A stretch of DNA of 62,651 bases, the filler included, from Barthelona sp. PAP020 (taxonomy: Eukaryota): the NCBI GenBank assembly GCA_040182905.1. It is 8 parts of 8 records of this genome, joined end to end, with 100 filler letters (N's around TTAATTAATTAA, not from the genome) between each part and the next. Parts side by side here need not be neighbours in the genome. Positions count along the whole stretch, not along the records: positions 1 to 7,833 come from JARQWU010000478.1; positions 7,934 to 15,744 come from JARQWU010000479.1; 6 more parts are not named here. One strand, 5' to 3'. Of this stretch, positions 1-11,400 are shown piece by piece. Position numbers and translations under genes: made by a program. The notes under the pieces are model-generated. The model was not told the DNA's origin. It made no database searches and saw only the letters and a list, made by a program, of their open reading frames with translations. The first letter of the stretch is position 1. Each line of letters begins with the position of its first letter.

Positions 1-130
1 AAGGTGGTCAAGAAACAACAAATAAAGGAAGTGATATTTGATGACCTCTTTATATCTCCAATAAATTCCGTTCATTGAGCATGAACTTCCACATTTTCTT
101 CAATCAACATTTTTGAAAGCTAAAAACGTG

Positions 131-462
131 TGGTCCAGTTGTGAAACAACCATATTTATTTGCAAAGAAAGTAAACTCAGAAAACTCATTCTAGCAAATT
201 TTGGTCAAAATCCCAGGAGGAGAATTGAGGGACTGAAATGTAATTGGATCGATCAAGTAGGAGAATTTTGGAGAAATTCTTCATTCCTATTTTTTTGTAT
301 TTTTGCAAAAGCAAAATTTTAAAGTTTAAACTTTACCTTTGAAAATCTAAAGTTTTTCAACAGATCAGTCGGGCCTTGAAAGCCTTTAACCAAATAAACA
401 CTGTTCCTTTGTATTCACTCATACGCACAATTACGCACAATGCTTCTTGGTTTGGAAATAAT
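131..462 (+). repeat. Dispersed ~320-bp non-coding element, copy 1
   Basis: Colinear high similarity to 5851-6176 (+) and 46356-46678 (-); starts TGGTCCAGTTGTGAAAC, ends GCTTCTTGGTTTGGAAATAAT; carries an internal TACGCACAAT tandem duplication. Confidence 0.9.
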
Positions 463-896
463 GAAATAATTTGCAAAATTGAAAAAATCTGAAGGGGAAA
501 TATCTTCAATAAAAGAAAAACTGAAAAAAGTGCCAGGTATGCGTTTATGCGTTGATCAATAGTAAATAGATAAAACAGCTGAATGATAAGCTGAATAGTA
601 AGAAACCTATCAAATTACAAAACCATGTCAAAAATGAAAGCAATTTTCATGTTGAAGTATAAATAAATGTTGTACCATCCCATCCAAACTCTTCAAATCT
701 GACTATGTTCTTAATACAGCATGGACAATTCAAAAACCGTTTTTACACAGCAAACAAATAACTAAGTGAGTAAAAGAACGCTCCAAAGCTCAAATTAATT
801 CATCTCGGTGTTTTTCTTTGTGCAATAATTTTCTTTATACCCTTTATTTTTAATAAATCAATGGGAGATCATTCTAAGCCTTCAATTCCAGTTGGC

Positions 897-2102
897 TCAA
901 TCATCATCATTATCACTAAGTTCATCACCTTTTTTGTCCACAAACTCATGCATATTACCACCATTTTTTTCATTAATATCAACCAAATCCCAACATCTGT
1001 CAATGATAATATTATATTCATCCTCACTCATGTCAATACCTCCACTAACCAATTGTCGGACAACAGAATTATCAATATTCATTTTAATAATATTAGATAG
1101 CACAGTAGCATCACGTTTGGACAATTCAATAAGTTGCAATTGACATGCATCATCACAGTGCCGCATAATTGGGTACCTTTTAATAATTTTGGTTTTACAA
1201 GGGCCACATGTAAGCTGTGTCTTATCAGGTGAAATAGCAAAAGAGAATTGCATACAAATACAATTACAATAAACTTTTTGACACTGTTGATAGGTGTTTA
1301 CATCATATGAACAAATAAATCCATCGCCTGACATTGTTAACAAGAGATTTGGTGCCAAAAAATGAAGATCCCACACCTCACCACCAATATCAAATTCGTA
1401 GAGACATAAACCACTCTCTATGTTCCACAGCTTGATTTTCTTTGATCTATCACCAACAGCAACAATATTTTTAGATGAATGAAAATCTCCAGCTCTGACA
1501 TAATTATCATGCTGGAAAGTATAAACAACTGAAAAATCAATTAAATCAATCAATTTAGCTAAATAGTGACCACATGATAAAATGTAAATACCATTAGGTG
1601 AAAGGCTTAACTTCCAAATCCAAGAAGAGTGAATTGTTTCTTCCAAAAGAATGCTACCATTTTTTATATCCCATTTCTTCAGTTGGCCATATTCATCACC
1701 AGAATACAAATAATTGCAGCAATGAGAAAAACATATGGCGGAAACAAAAGTATCATTCGTGAATCTCCTTAAAATAGAAAAATTTTGAAGATCATATATG
1801 ATAATGGTACAATCATTAGAACATGTTGCAAACATCTGTGAATCTTGTGAAAAGGTTGCACAAAATATGTTGGCTTGGTGATCTTTCAAGGTGTGAATCA
1901 CTTTTCCATTGGCTACATCAAATATATACACTTCCAAATAACTACTTATAGCCAAATATTTACCATCCAATGAATATTCACAATCATACATAAAACTAGA
2001 AAGAACATCTTCAACTATCATCACATTCCTTTCATCGATTCTCCAAGGAAGCATTTCTTCAATATTCTCTTCGAACTGAATGAAATGGAAGTCATCACAC
2101 AT
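897..2102 (-). CDS. WD40-repeat protein with conserved C-terminal CWDL-NGGNM module and acidic tail
   Basis: WD repeats (TLKDHQANIFCATFSQDSQMFATCSNDCTIIIYD; YSGDEYGQLKKWD; VAVGDRSKKIKLWN); C-terminus CWDLVDINEKNGGNM...SDNDDD; exact start codon uncertain. Confidence 0.9.
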   Translation of the reverse strand: MCDDFHFIQFEENIEEMLPWRIDERNVMIVEDVLSSFMYDCEYSLDGKYLAISSYLEVYIFDVANGKVIHTLKDHQANIFCATFSQDSQMFATCSNDCTIIIYDLQNFSILRRFTNDTFVSAICFSHCCNYLYSGDEYGQLKKWDIKNGSILLEETIHSSWIWKLSLSPNGIYILSCGHYLAKLIDLIDFSVVYTFQHDNYVRAGDFHSSKNIVAVGDRSKKIKLWNIESGLCLYEFDIGGEVWDLHFLAPNLLLTMSGDGFICSYDVNTYQQCQKVYCNCICMQFSFAISPDKTQLTCGPCKTKIIKRYPIMRHCDDACQLQLIELSKRDATVLSNIIKMNIDNSVVRQLVSGGIDMSEDEYNIIIDRCWDLVDINEKNGGNMHEFVDKKGDELSDNDDD

Positions 2103-2543
2103 CAAGATTTTTAATACAAAGAGAAGAAGCAGTGTACAGGATTCCTCTTATTTTTGTAAAGTTTCAGACAATGAACAGATTTGAAGATTGGATGGTATTT
2201 TTTTTACAATTGCTGTCTTAATAGCTTTTTGTGAACATTTCAAAACAGTATTGCTCTGTTTGTAGCTCGGGATAGAAAAAACAAAAATGCTAAAGTCCAT
2301 TTCCTTTGAACTGAAGGTTTAGATAGGATTTTTAAACTGTTGCAAAAAAAGAAGAAAAAAGATGATGAAAAACTGGAATTTTTTCTCTTTTTTTATTATA
2401 GCTCAAACTGGCACTTTCCAACATGAGAATTTTTCAAAAAATTTGAAACGAAATTGTTGAATATCATGTTGAAAGCTAAAACTAACCATAATTACTTCTT
2501 GTTCCAACATAAAAAAAAATATGGAACAAACAATTTATAAACA

Positions 2544-3854
2544 TTAAAAATCACCAATAATGAACTTATCTAACATAGCACTGGCAGCTTCAGGTTGATC
2601 CATTGGAACTAAATGGCCAGCACCATTAACAATTAAATGAGTTAAATTATCAACCTGTCTGTACCATCCCCAAAGATATTGATCATCGGAAGATCTCCAA
2701 GAATGGGTTTTTGTGTTAAAATATTTCTTGGCCAATGGAACATTCAATTTCCTAATCATCAATTCTGAGGAGTAAGCAGGAATGATTTCATCCAAATTAC
2801 CATTGTAAATGAGAACCTTTTTACCTGCTTTAATAACATTTTCCAATGCAGGAGTAACGCTTGTACTCATGTCATCATGTAAATGTCCATGAACATCCAT
2901 ACTACACATTTCATATTCAACTTCCTCAAAAACGTGAAGAGTTTGTTTAATGCTGGGTTGGTTCAACAACTTGTGTTGAGTGTCAGGATAAGCATGACCT
3001 AATAAAATGTCATACACATTTTCAAAACCACAAGAACTGCTAGTTAAAGTCTGCATACTAAAGAATATATCAGTGGCATCCTTGTAGTTTTGTTGATCTA
3101 AAGCACGGGTTAACTGATTGTATAAACTTTGCATTTGTTGTTCATCATCGAAACTGAAACATGATTGTGCTTTTCCAAAACTCATATATGCTGGAGCCTG
3201 ATAACCGACAGCAAACATACCGTCACCAACAGCAATACCTTTCAAAAAAATAGCAGGAACATTCAATAAGGCATTGGAAATAGATGGAACATAATGACCA
3301 GCAAATGATTCACCCATCAAATAAAAACCATTATTTTGTGTATTAAACTCAGGGAACTTTTCAAACAAAATTTCTAAAACTTTCACATAATCCTTTGCAA
3401 GCTCATCTTCAGTGCTGACAAGATTATCACTGACACTAAAACCAGTTCCACGTGGCTGATCAATAAACAGAAGATTATATTTCTTGTCCCATGAATAAGG
3501 ATTATTACGATAATTTCCACTTCCATCAAAATTTAAAATCCAAGGTCCTAATTCCATAAAATTAGCATTTTGTGAACTGCAGCCTGGTCCCCCAGACATA
3601 AAATTAACCGTAGCAGTATCTTGAGGATTTGAAAACTTTTCAGATTGCATCAACCAAAAAAATGCATAGGTATTGGTTTCTTTTTCAATTTCAACGTAAC
3701 CAGTATACTGAGGATGAGTTCTTCCACTTAAAAATCCTGTCATTTTTGTTATTTGATGAGCAGTTTCAGGGTCCATATCATTGATGACATATTTTTGATC
3801 AAAACATGAAACAACCACAATTATCACGAAAAATATCAAAAATTTAAACATCAT
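2544..3854 (-). CDS. Secreted serine carboxypeptidase, family S10
   Basis: Signal peptide; GGPGCSS, FIDQPRGTGFS, GESFAGHY (catalytic Ser), YNGNLD, GAGHLVPMDQP (catalytic His). Confidence 0.95.
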   Translation of the reverse strand: MMFKFLIFFVIIVVVSCFDQKYVINDMDPETAHQITKMTGFLSGRTHPQYTGYVEIEKETNTYAFFWLMQSEKFSNPQDTATVNFMSGGPGCSSQNANFMELGPWILNFDGSGNYRNNPYSWDKKYNLLFIDQPRGTGFSVSDNLVSTEDELAKDYVKVLEILFEKFPEFNTQNNGFYLMGESFAGHYVPSISNALLNVPAIFLKGIAVGDGMFAVGYQAPAYMSFGKAQSCFSFDDEQQMQSLYNQLTRALDQQNYKDATDIFFSMQTLTSSSCGFENVYDILLGHAYPDTQHKLLNQPSIKQTLHVFEEVEYEMCSMDVHGHLHDDMSTSVTPALENVIKAGKKVLIYNGNLDEIIPAYSSELMIRKLNVPLAKKYFNTKTHSWRSSDDQYLWGWYRQVDNLTHLIVNGAGHLVPMDQPEAASAMLDKFIIGDF

Positions 3855-4025
3855 TAATCAAATAAATAATATTGGAAATAAAAAGAATATTGAAAAGTCA
3901 AATAATTTTATTAAAAAAATTAAAAACAAAATTTACAATGCTTCAATTTTTTTGAAAAATAAACAAAAGAGAAGAATCAACATAAGAAAATTGAAAAAAT
4001 CATTACACCCTAAAATTCTGAAAAC

Positions 4026-5423
4026 TTAGTCATCATCATCATCATCATCATCCTCATCATTCAAAAACAAAAACATATTTCCTCCGTTTTGTTTGTTTAC
4101 ATCAAGTAAATCCCAACAATGCTGAATAATTTTTTCAAATTCAAACTTCTTGACACAAATTCCTTTAGAAATCAATTGCCTAAACTCAAAAATTCCAAAA
4201 AATTCATTATCAAACAAATATGCGATGGGATATGTTTCAAAATTGTTTTGAATTGTGGGACGTCTGGAAATTGAAACAAGTTTAGAATAAATTTCTTCGA
4301 AAACAAGTGAATTTGTTTCAAAGACAGACAGATATCCTCCAGATTGAAGACCTCTATCAAAAATATTTTTTGGGTCAAATTTTCTGTACAAATTGGTTCG
4401 ACAAACACATAGTTGAAGTTTATTTTCAATATTTTCCCAAGCCAAAAATTCTTCATCAGAACTAATGTCAAAAAATTGCTTAACCTCCCCATTTTCTAGT
4501 GAAATAATTTTAATTCGATGCAACGTGGTTGAGGTTGAAAATAAATCAGTCGAAGACAAATTAATTGTTGTAAACAGAATCAATTCTTTGGTTTTGTTTC
4601 TTGTTGTCTGAAAAGAAATGGCTTTTTTGATGGTTTCACCATTACACACGAAAAATATGTTTTTCAATATGTGTTCCTTCAGATTATACGCAAGAACCAC
4701 GAATGACAATGAAAGAACTACTGTATCGTCAAAAACAAAGAAAGAGTTAATATCTGTGTGTGAAAATGACTTAAAGGTGTCAAAATTAGGATCTTGGCAA
4801 CTAAGTAATGTACTTAATGACGTGATGTCCAAATTCACAGTGTTACAAACAGAAAAGTCATCCACTGAAAGAAAAAGAAGGGCATTGGATGTTGTTAATG
4901 CAAGAAAATACTCTGCCTTCGGTTTACAAAGTGAACATATCTTAATTAGACCATTATTACAAAATGAATCACAACATAACAAGTTTTCACCACTAGTTAT
5001 GCAATATTTATGTAATGTTCCATTTTTTTGAATGGCTATAATGCAGTCATTTTCAGTAAGAATAAAATCCATCAGTTCATTACAATTAATTATTAATTCT
5101 AAAGAAAAATCATCACAACTGTAGACAACAATGTTGTTTTTACTGCTAAATGCCACAAGATATTGATCGTTTGAGGAAAATTCAAGTTTATAAATGAACA
5201 TTTGTTTGTGATCTATACTTTTAACCAAAGTAACATTCGGAAAATCAATGCAATTTAGATCCCATATATTTAAACTGTCTATTGAAGAAGAAACTAACGT
5301 TTTTCTATTGTTCGAAATGGTCAAAGCATTTACTGTTCTGGAATGATTGCTATCTATCATATAAGTTGGTTCTTCCACAAATTTTCTTTGAAATAATTCG
5401 TCAATCTCTGTAAAGACATTCAT
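4026..5423 (-). CDS. Divergent WD40/beta-propeller protein with CWDL-NGGNM module and poly-Asp tail
   Basis: N-terminal WD repeat (HSRTVNALTISNNRKTLVSSSIDSLNIWD); C-terminus CWDLLDVNKQNGGNM...DEDDDDDDDD. Confidence 0.85.
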   Translation of the reverse strand: MNVFTEIDELFQRKFVEEPTYMIDSNHSRTVNALTISNNRKTLVSSSIDSLNIWDLNCIDFPNVTLVKSIDHKQMFIYKLEFSSNDQYLVAFSSKNNIVVYSCDDFSLELIINCNELMDFILTENDCIIAIQKNGTLHKYCITSGENLLCCDSFCNNGLIKICSLCKPKAEYFLALTTSNALLFLSVDDFSVCNTVNLDITSLSTLLSCQDPNFDTFKSFSHTDINSFFVFDDTVVLSLSFVVLAYNLKEHILKNIFFVCNGETIKKAISFQTTRNKTKELILFTTINLSSTDLFSTSTTLHRIKIISLENGEVKQFFDISSDEEFLAWENIENKLQLCVCRTNLYRKFDPKNIFDRGLQSGGYLSVFETNSLVFEEIYSKLVSISRRPTIQNNFETYPIAYLFDNEFFGIFEFRQLISKGICVKKFEFEKIIQHCWDLLDVNKQNGGNMFLFLNDEDDDDDDDD

Positions 5424-5850
5424 GTCTCAAAACATTTGAAAATAAAATATCAATTCATTGAATGACATAAATTGGTTTCTTTTCTGCCTTTATTTGATTT
5501 CTACGTGTAAATTTACCACCATTTTGTGCGTCAATATTTTTGATGGTTTTGTCTTCATGGTTTCTTTGCCAAATTTCTAATTCTTCAAAAAAATTTCCTT
5601 TTTTTTTTTGCTGAATTGTCCCGAACATTATTGGGGATAATAAAATTATGTGGAATTTTTTTTTTCAATGCCTAAATTTATTCGTTTCAGATATGAAAAC
5701 CGATTTTGGAAGAATACATTCTCTTTTTGCCAATTATGTATCGTCACATTAATTTTGATTGTGAAGGAAGAAATAACAATGGTTTAAACATATTCGTATG
5801 GCTTATACACATTAAAAGTTGTTGCTAAGAAAAGGGGAAAGAATAAAATA

Positions 5851-6176
5851 TTGGTCCAGTTGTGAAACAACTGTATTTATTTACAAAGAAAGTAAACTCA
5901 GAAAACTCATTCTAGCAAATTTCAGTCAAAATCCCAGGAGGGGAATTGAGGGACTGAAATGTAATTGGAACGATCAAGTGGGAGAATTTTGGAGAAATTC
6001 TTCATTACTATTTTTCTTTTGTATTTTTGCAAAAGCAAAATTTTAAAGTTTAAACTTTTCCTTGGAAAACCTAAAGTCTTTCAACAGATCCATCGGGCCT
6101 CGAAAGCCTTTAACCAAATAAACATTATTCTTTCTTATTCACTCATGCGCACAGTGCTTCTTGGTATAGAAATAAT
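5851..6176 (+). repeat. Dispersed ~320-bp element, copy 2
   Basis: Colinear with 131-462. Confidence 0.9.
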
Positions 6177-6194
6177 TGCAAAAAAATTAATTCA

Positions 6195-6360
6195 AAAAAC
6201 TCACTTTAATGAATTTTAGTCAAAACCAAAGTGGAGAGTTAAAGGACTGAAATGTAACTTCGATGATCAAGTAGGAAAATTTGGTGAAATTTTCTTGTCC
6301 TTGTTCTTGGCATGAAACAAAAGCAAAATTTTAAAGATCTGACTTTATTTTTTGAAAATT
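6195..6360 (+). repeat. Degenerate partial copy of the same element directly after copy 2
   Basis: Shares AAAACTCA...GGACTGAAATGTAA...GATCAAGTAGGA...CAAAAGCAAAATTTTAAAG with the full copies. Confidence 0.65.
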
Positions 6361-6771
6361 AAAAATTGAAGAGGTTAACATGGAACTATTGGTTTTGATC
6401 ACTCTAAAAAAGATTTGTAGCACATCACCTTTGTTATTAAATGGCACAACGAAAATTTCATGAACTCTTTAACAGTTACAACACAATACAATACAGCAAT
6501 TGCTCTTTTGCTTTTAAAAAGAATTGTCCAACAAGGAATTTTTTGTTTTTTAGACCCAGAATCTGAGTTTTGTAGTGAATGAAAGAAGAAGTTCCATGTG
6601 AAGTTAAAGTTGCTCAAATGAAACATTCCAAGCCCTCTTCAAATCACTCAGTCAGTAACAAACCTTTTTCAGAGGTTATATCAAAAAAAGAATAAACTAT
6701 TATTTATATGTGAAAAAAAATTATCCACAAAACATGAATGGAATAAACATATAACCACACAAAAGACCTTT

Positions 6772-7833
6772 CTAATCATCGATCTCATCACTGTCATCAT
6801 CTTCCATCTCTTCATCAATATACTGACGCATATTGCCACCATTCCTTTCATTAATGTCGATCAAATCCCAACATAAGTTGATTGACATGTCAAAATCTCT
6901 TTGATTCATGTAAACTCCAGCACTGACAAATTCTCGGATGATGTCATTGTTTACATTCATTGCAACAAGGGTTGATAAAAGATAGCCCTTATCCTTCACC
7001 AATTCAATCAACTCGGATTTGGACAAATGCTCAAATTTCAAATCAACAGGCTCGCCACTCTTCAATTGTTGTTTTAAATTGGGACAGCTCAAAATACTGT
7101 ATTTGTTCTTTTTCCATTGTTCATCACTTGTATACAATCTGTTGAAAAATAACAGCATATCTTTACCATATAGGTTTATTTCGGGACAATATAGAAGCAT
7201 CTTGGCAATATCAAGATGACCATTTTGACAACTGATATACAATGGAGAAAATCCACAGTCACTACACAAATTAACATCAGCGCCATCATTCAAAAGCATT
7301 CTGGCAACATCAAGATGATCTTCTTGACAACTGATGTACAATGGAGAAGCACCATTATCATTACACAAATTAACATCAGCACCATGCTCCAAGAGCATCT
7401 TGGCAACATCAAGATGACCTTCTTGACAACTAACGAACAATGGAGAGCGACCATATTTGATACATTGATTGGCATCAACTCTATGATCCTCTAAGAGCAT
7501 TTTGGCAACATCAAGATGACCTTTATAACAACTGATGTAAAATGGAGAAACACTATCATCCATACACAAATTAATATTAGCTCCATGATCCAAGAGCATC
7601 TTGGCAACATCAAGATGACCTTCTTGACAACTAACGAACAATGGAGAAAATCCACCGTCCCTACACAAATTATCATCAGCTCCATGATCCAAGAGCATTC
7701 TGGCAACATCAAGATGCCCATAATAACAACTGATGTACAATGGAGAAGCACCATCTTTAGTACATTGATTGGCATCAGCTCCATGATTCAAGAGCATCTT
7801 GACAACATCAAGATCACCTTTATAACAACTGAT
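6772..7833 (-). CDS. Ankyrin-repeat protein (5' end cut by contig end) with CWDL-NGGNM module and acidic tail
   Basis: At least six 33-aa ANK repeats (GASPLYISCxxGHLDVAKMLLxHGADxN), visible as ~99-nt tandem repeats at ~7200-7833; C-terminus CWDLIDINERNGGNM...DDDSDEIDD. Confidence 0.93.
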   Translation of the reverse strand: MSCYKGDLDVVKMLLNHGADANQCTKDGASPLYISCYYGHLDVARMLLDHGADDNLCRDGGFSPLFVSCQEGHLDVAKMLLDHGANINLCMDDSVSPFYISCYKGHLDVAKMLLEDHRVDANQCIKYGRSPLFVSCQEGHLDVAKMLLEHGADVNLCNDNGASPLYISCQEDHLDVARMLLNDGADVNLCSDCGFSPLYISCQNGHLDIAKMLLYCPEINLYGKDMLLFFNRLYTSDEQWKKNKYSILSCPNLKQQLKSGEPVDLKFEHLSKSELIELVKDKGYLLSTLVAMNVNNDIIREFVSAGVYMNQRDFDMSINLCWDLIDINERNGGNMRQYIDEEMEDDDSDEIDD

Positions 7834-7933
7834 NNNNNNNNNNNNNNNNNNNNNNNNNNNNNNNNNNNNNNNNNNNNTTAATTAATTAANNNNNNNNNNN
7901 NNNNNNNNNNNNNNNNNNNNNNNNNNNNNNNNN
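7834..7933. other. Artificial contig linker (N44-TTAATTAATTAA-N44); also at 15745-15844, 23639-23738, 31508-31607, 39331-39430, 47131-47230, 54929-55028
   Basis: Identical 100-nt spacers with stops in all six frames; contig lengths between them decrease monotonically. Confidence 0.98.
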
Positions 7934-8037
7934 TCATTATCAATCAAATCTTGTTCCACCAATTCGGCTTCTTCTTCAGATTCACCAATTCCAAAATATC
8001 GATCATCTCCTCCGTAATAATCATTGTGTGCAGTCAT
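7934..8037 (-). CDS. N-terminal fragment of an unknown gene, cut by contig end
   Basis: ATG at 8037, open to the linker: MTAHNDYYGGDDRYFGIGESEEEAELVEQDLIDN; divergent from the 8405 gene. Confidence 0.5.
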
Positions 8038-8404
8038 ATTGGACAAAAGAATTATTCTCAAAGATTAAAAAATAAAGGAAATTTTTACGGTTGATACTTT
8101 TTTTTTATATTCCCTTCCCCATCTTTGAGTTCTTGTTTCAAATTTCTGTATTAAATACTTTGTCAATACCCTGAAACATTTTTTGACACCTATTTTTTCA
8201 AAACCATTTATTGAAATTTTTTTGAAATTGAAAGGCAAATACATTTAAATATTAATATATATACGTATAAATTTTTATCAAAAAACAAAAATAAAAAAAG
8301 AAAGAATGAGACTGTTGAACTTGGTTTCTCTCTTGCTTGATACCAGAAAATTTTCATACTTTTCTATTTTTATTGTGTATTAAAGTTCTGTTTCAATTGA
8401 AAAT

Positions 8405-11400
8405 ATGTCATTTCAAAGCTTGTTTCCGAATACTTCAAAATTAGAAGAGTTTGTATTTCTTAAAGATCGTAGAAAATATGTTGATGAATTACCTGAAGGA
8501 AAAACTAAACAAAGGTTAATATATTTATTAGAACAATTGGAAAATCCCAATGTAACTGAAGATGAATTAAAATTCTTGAAAAGAGATTATGATACTTCGC
8601 GCAGTGTCACTGATTATTTGTTGAATCGTCGTACTGAAGTAAGAAAATTCATGGAAAATGATGAAAAGAATAATAATTTAATCATAGATTATCTTTCTGG
8701 TAAATTAAATTCAAGTTTACCTCAGAAATCAGGTCAAATTGTTTCTCAAACCACTTCCAAAACATCCCAAATAATTGAGCAAGAAGAAGTCGATTATACA
8801 AATTATTTTAAAGAAAAATTAGATTTAAAACAGTTTACTGATCGTTTTTCTAACTATCCTACTGATAATTCGATTCATCTATTGTATTGGTTGGATCATA
8901 AAATGAAGTTAAATGAAAATATTATTGCTTGCATGTTACAACATCCAGAATTGTATCAACATGAAGAATTTCTTGAGGTTTTAGATCGTTCATACAGTTC
9001 TAAATATGATAGTAATCCCTATAGACATATTAATGTTGATTTTCTAAACGAATATCAATTTTCAAAAATTTCATCAAAATTGTACACTAATTCAAGTTCA
9101 AAAGTTTCTGATTATTATGAGTCACGTCTTAAATATTTCTTACAGAATTATTTCAAAACCAAAGATGTTCATAGAATTCCAAAGTTCATTGATGGAGAAG
9201 ATATGATGAATGTGTCTTTTAAGATTATTGAACAATTAGAAACATATTCTAAGGATAAGTATACTGTTTTTGAGTCTATTCAACGTATTATTTTCAACAT
9301 GAGACATCGTATTTCTGTTAAGATATTACATGAATATATCAAAGAAATAAAAGACTCTTTTGGTAGTGGTTTTACCACCTTAAATAGTTTGTACGATCCT
9401 ATGAGTAGTGTTTGGGATTATTTGGAGACTTATTTCAGAAGAATCGATACAGCTACTGGATTTAAACAACTTAAAAGGTTATTGAAACTGAAATATACTT
9501 GTTTTCATGATTCTTACAATTTAAAGAGTATCTTTGCAGAACAAGTTCTTCAAAAAGGTGAAAAATTAGATGAATATAAGAGTTATTTGAGTTCTTGTGC
9601 AGATATTGACTTTATCAACAAATGTATGGATAAAAAAATCTTATCCTTTGTTAATCAAGGACAAATGCACTTTTATCCCTTGTTAGATGTATTCAGAATT
9701 CCAAAACTGACTATTCGTATCTTTAAATTGAATGTCTCTAAAATTTTAAAGCAAAAAATTGTTTTAGATGGAAATCTTAACTTTGATGCCATTGATATCA
9801 AAAATGCTTCAGATAATACTTTTGAAGAATTAAATATTGAATTTGAGACTTTAAATCGTCAATATTTTGATAGTGAACATATTTTGAAAGAAATAATGAA
9901 AAAAGGAAATATTTACGCCATTGAATTCATTTGTAATGAAGATAATGAAGTACCTTCATTAAGAACTTATTATTCAAAAGGATATTTATCTCCTATAATT
10001 ATTGAAAGAAAAGATCATCAAGAAATCAGTGTATTGAATGAAGAAGGTGAATTTGTTGATTTTTCAATCATAATTGATTCAAAAACATATGATTCTGATG
10101 AGAACAAGATGGTTTTATTACCATTTGTGATTGATAATTCCCCATTAAGTACTTCAAGTATTATTTATGATTCCTCTTGTGAAAATTTACCAATTAATTT
10201 CTCTTTTGACAGAATTAAAATGTCCAGAAACTTCACCATGCAAGTAGTTCATACAGAACCTATTGCAGATAAGAACGTTAATTTTACTTTTTATCCTAAC
10301 ATTGAAATCATTACTCCATCTCAAAAAAGGAATGTTTCATTGAATTCAGATTTTATTCAAGATTTTACTGTTACCATTATGTTAATGGATGATGATATTC
10401 AATTAGGAAGAACGATTCACAAGGTTGAAGAAATTAAAGATATGAATTATACGCATAAATTACCTTTTGATTGTAATTTTATTCGTATTGAAGCAGAATG
10501 TAAGATTAATGCTGGAGGTTATGTGACCACACATAATTATTCCCATGATATTTTTGTAAAGAATCAAGTTACCACTGATGATGCAAAAAATTTTTTTGAT
10601 TATGAATTACTTCAAAAAAACAATAAATCAAAAGTTCGTATACATGCTAAACGTATCAATGGTGAAAGATTACCTTTTGCTAGAGTAACTGGTGAATATT
10701 CTTCAAAATATTTGGACAAAATTTCTTTTGATGTTAAAACGAATAAAAATGGTTGGGTTGATATACCTTTAGAAGATCATATTTATCATTTAGTAATTGA
10801 TATTGGTATTTTTAAGCTACCTATACCATTATATTTGAATGGTCAAGGAGGAGAATCATTTGTTTCTAGTAAAACAAAAGCAATCACTAAAAATATTTTG
10901 AAACCTGAAAAAGATTTTTATATTGGTACTGATTTGAATTTTTGTAGTATATTAGATCTGCAAAAGAATAAATTATTATCAAACAAACGTATTAAACGTA
11001 AGGATAAGCATAATATGGAACATATTGATTATTTCATTGATGTCAATGATTTCGTTAGTGGACATGAATATCGTGTCTTCTATTTATTACCTGGTAGTGC
11101 ATCTTTTAATTCAATCAATTTAAATGTATTTTTATGTTGTATGGATGATGACATCCTTTTTAATAAGAGTAAAATTCAGTCTTTGAAAGTTATGCCGTAT
11201 TATGTTAATTTCAATTCAAATAGTTATATTCAAGGTTTGTTAGATATTTCAAATGATGATTCAATAAATATTCAACTGTTAAACATGAAACCTAATTCAA
11301 CAGTGTATTGTTATTCTTCACATCTATTGACTGAAGCTGTTACTTTTGAAAGAACCGATGGACAGATTAAAATGAACAACAATGATTTCAATAGGTTTAT

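Noticed and set aside
113..322. Near-identical short ORFs at 113-322 and 5819-6046/5965-6219
   Set aside because: They are translations of the dispersed repeat, with TTG starts and frames not preserved in copy 3
7200..7833. Regular ~99-nt repeats resembling a CRISPR-like array
   Set aside because: They are coding ankyrin repeats with no unique spacers
7834..7933. Recurrent TTAATTAATTAA motif and 'LIN' ORF ends
   Set aside because: Assembly linker, not biology
7934..8037. Joining this N-terminus to the ankyrin gene, or 15641-15742 to RPB2, across linkers
   Set aside because: Contigs are ordered by length, so same-strand adjacency is coincidental
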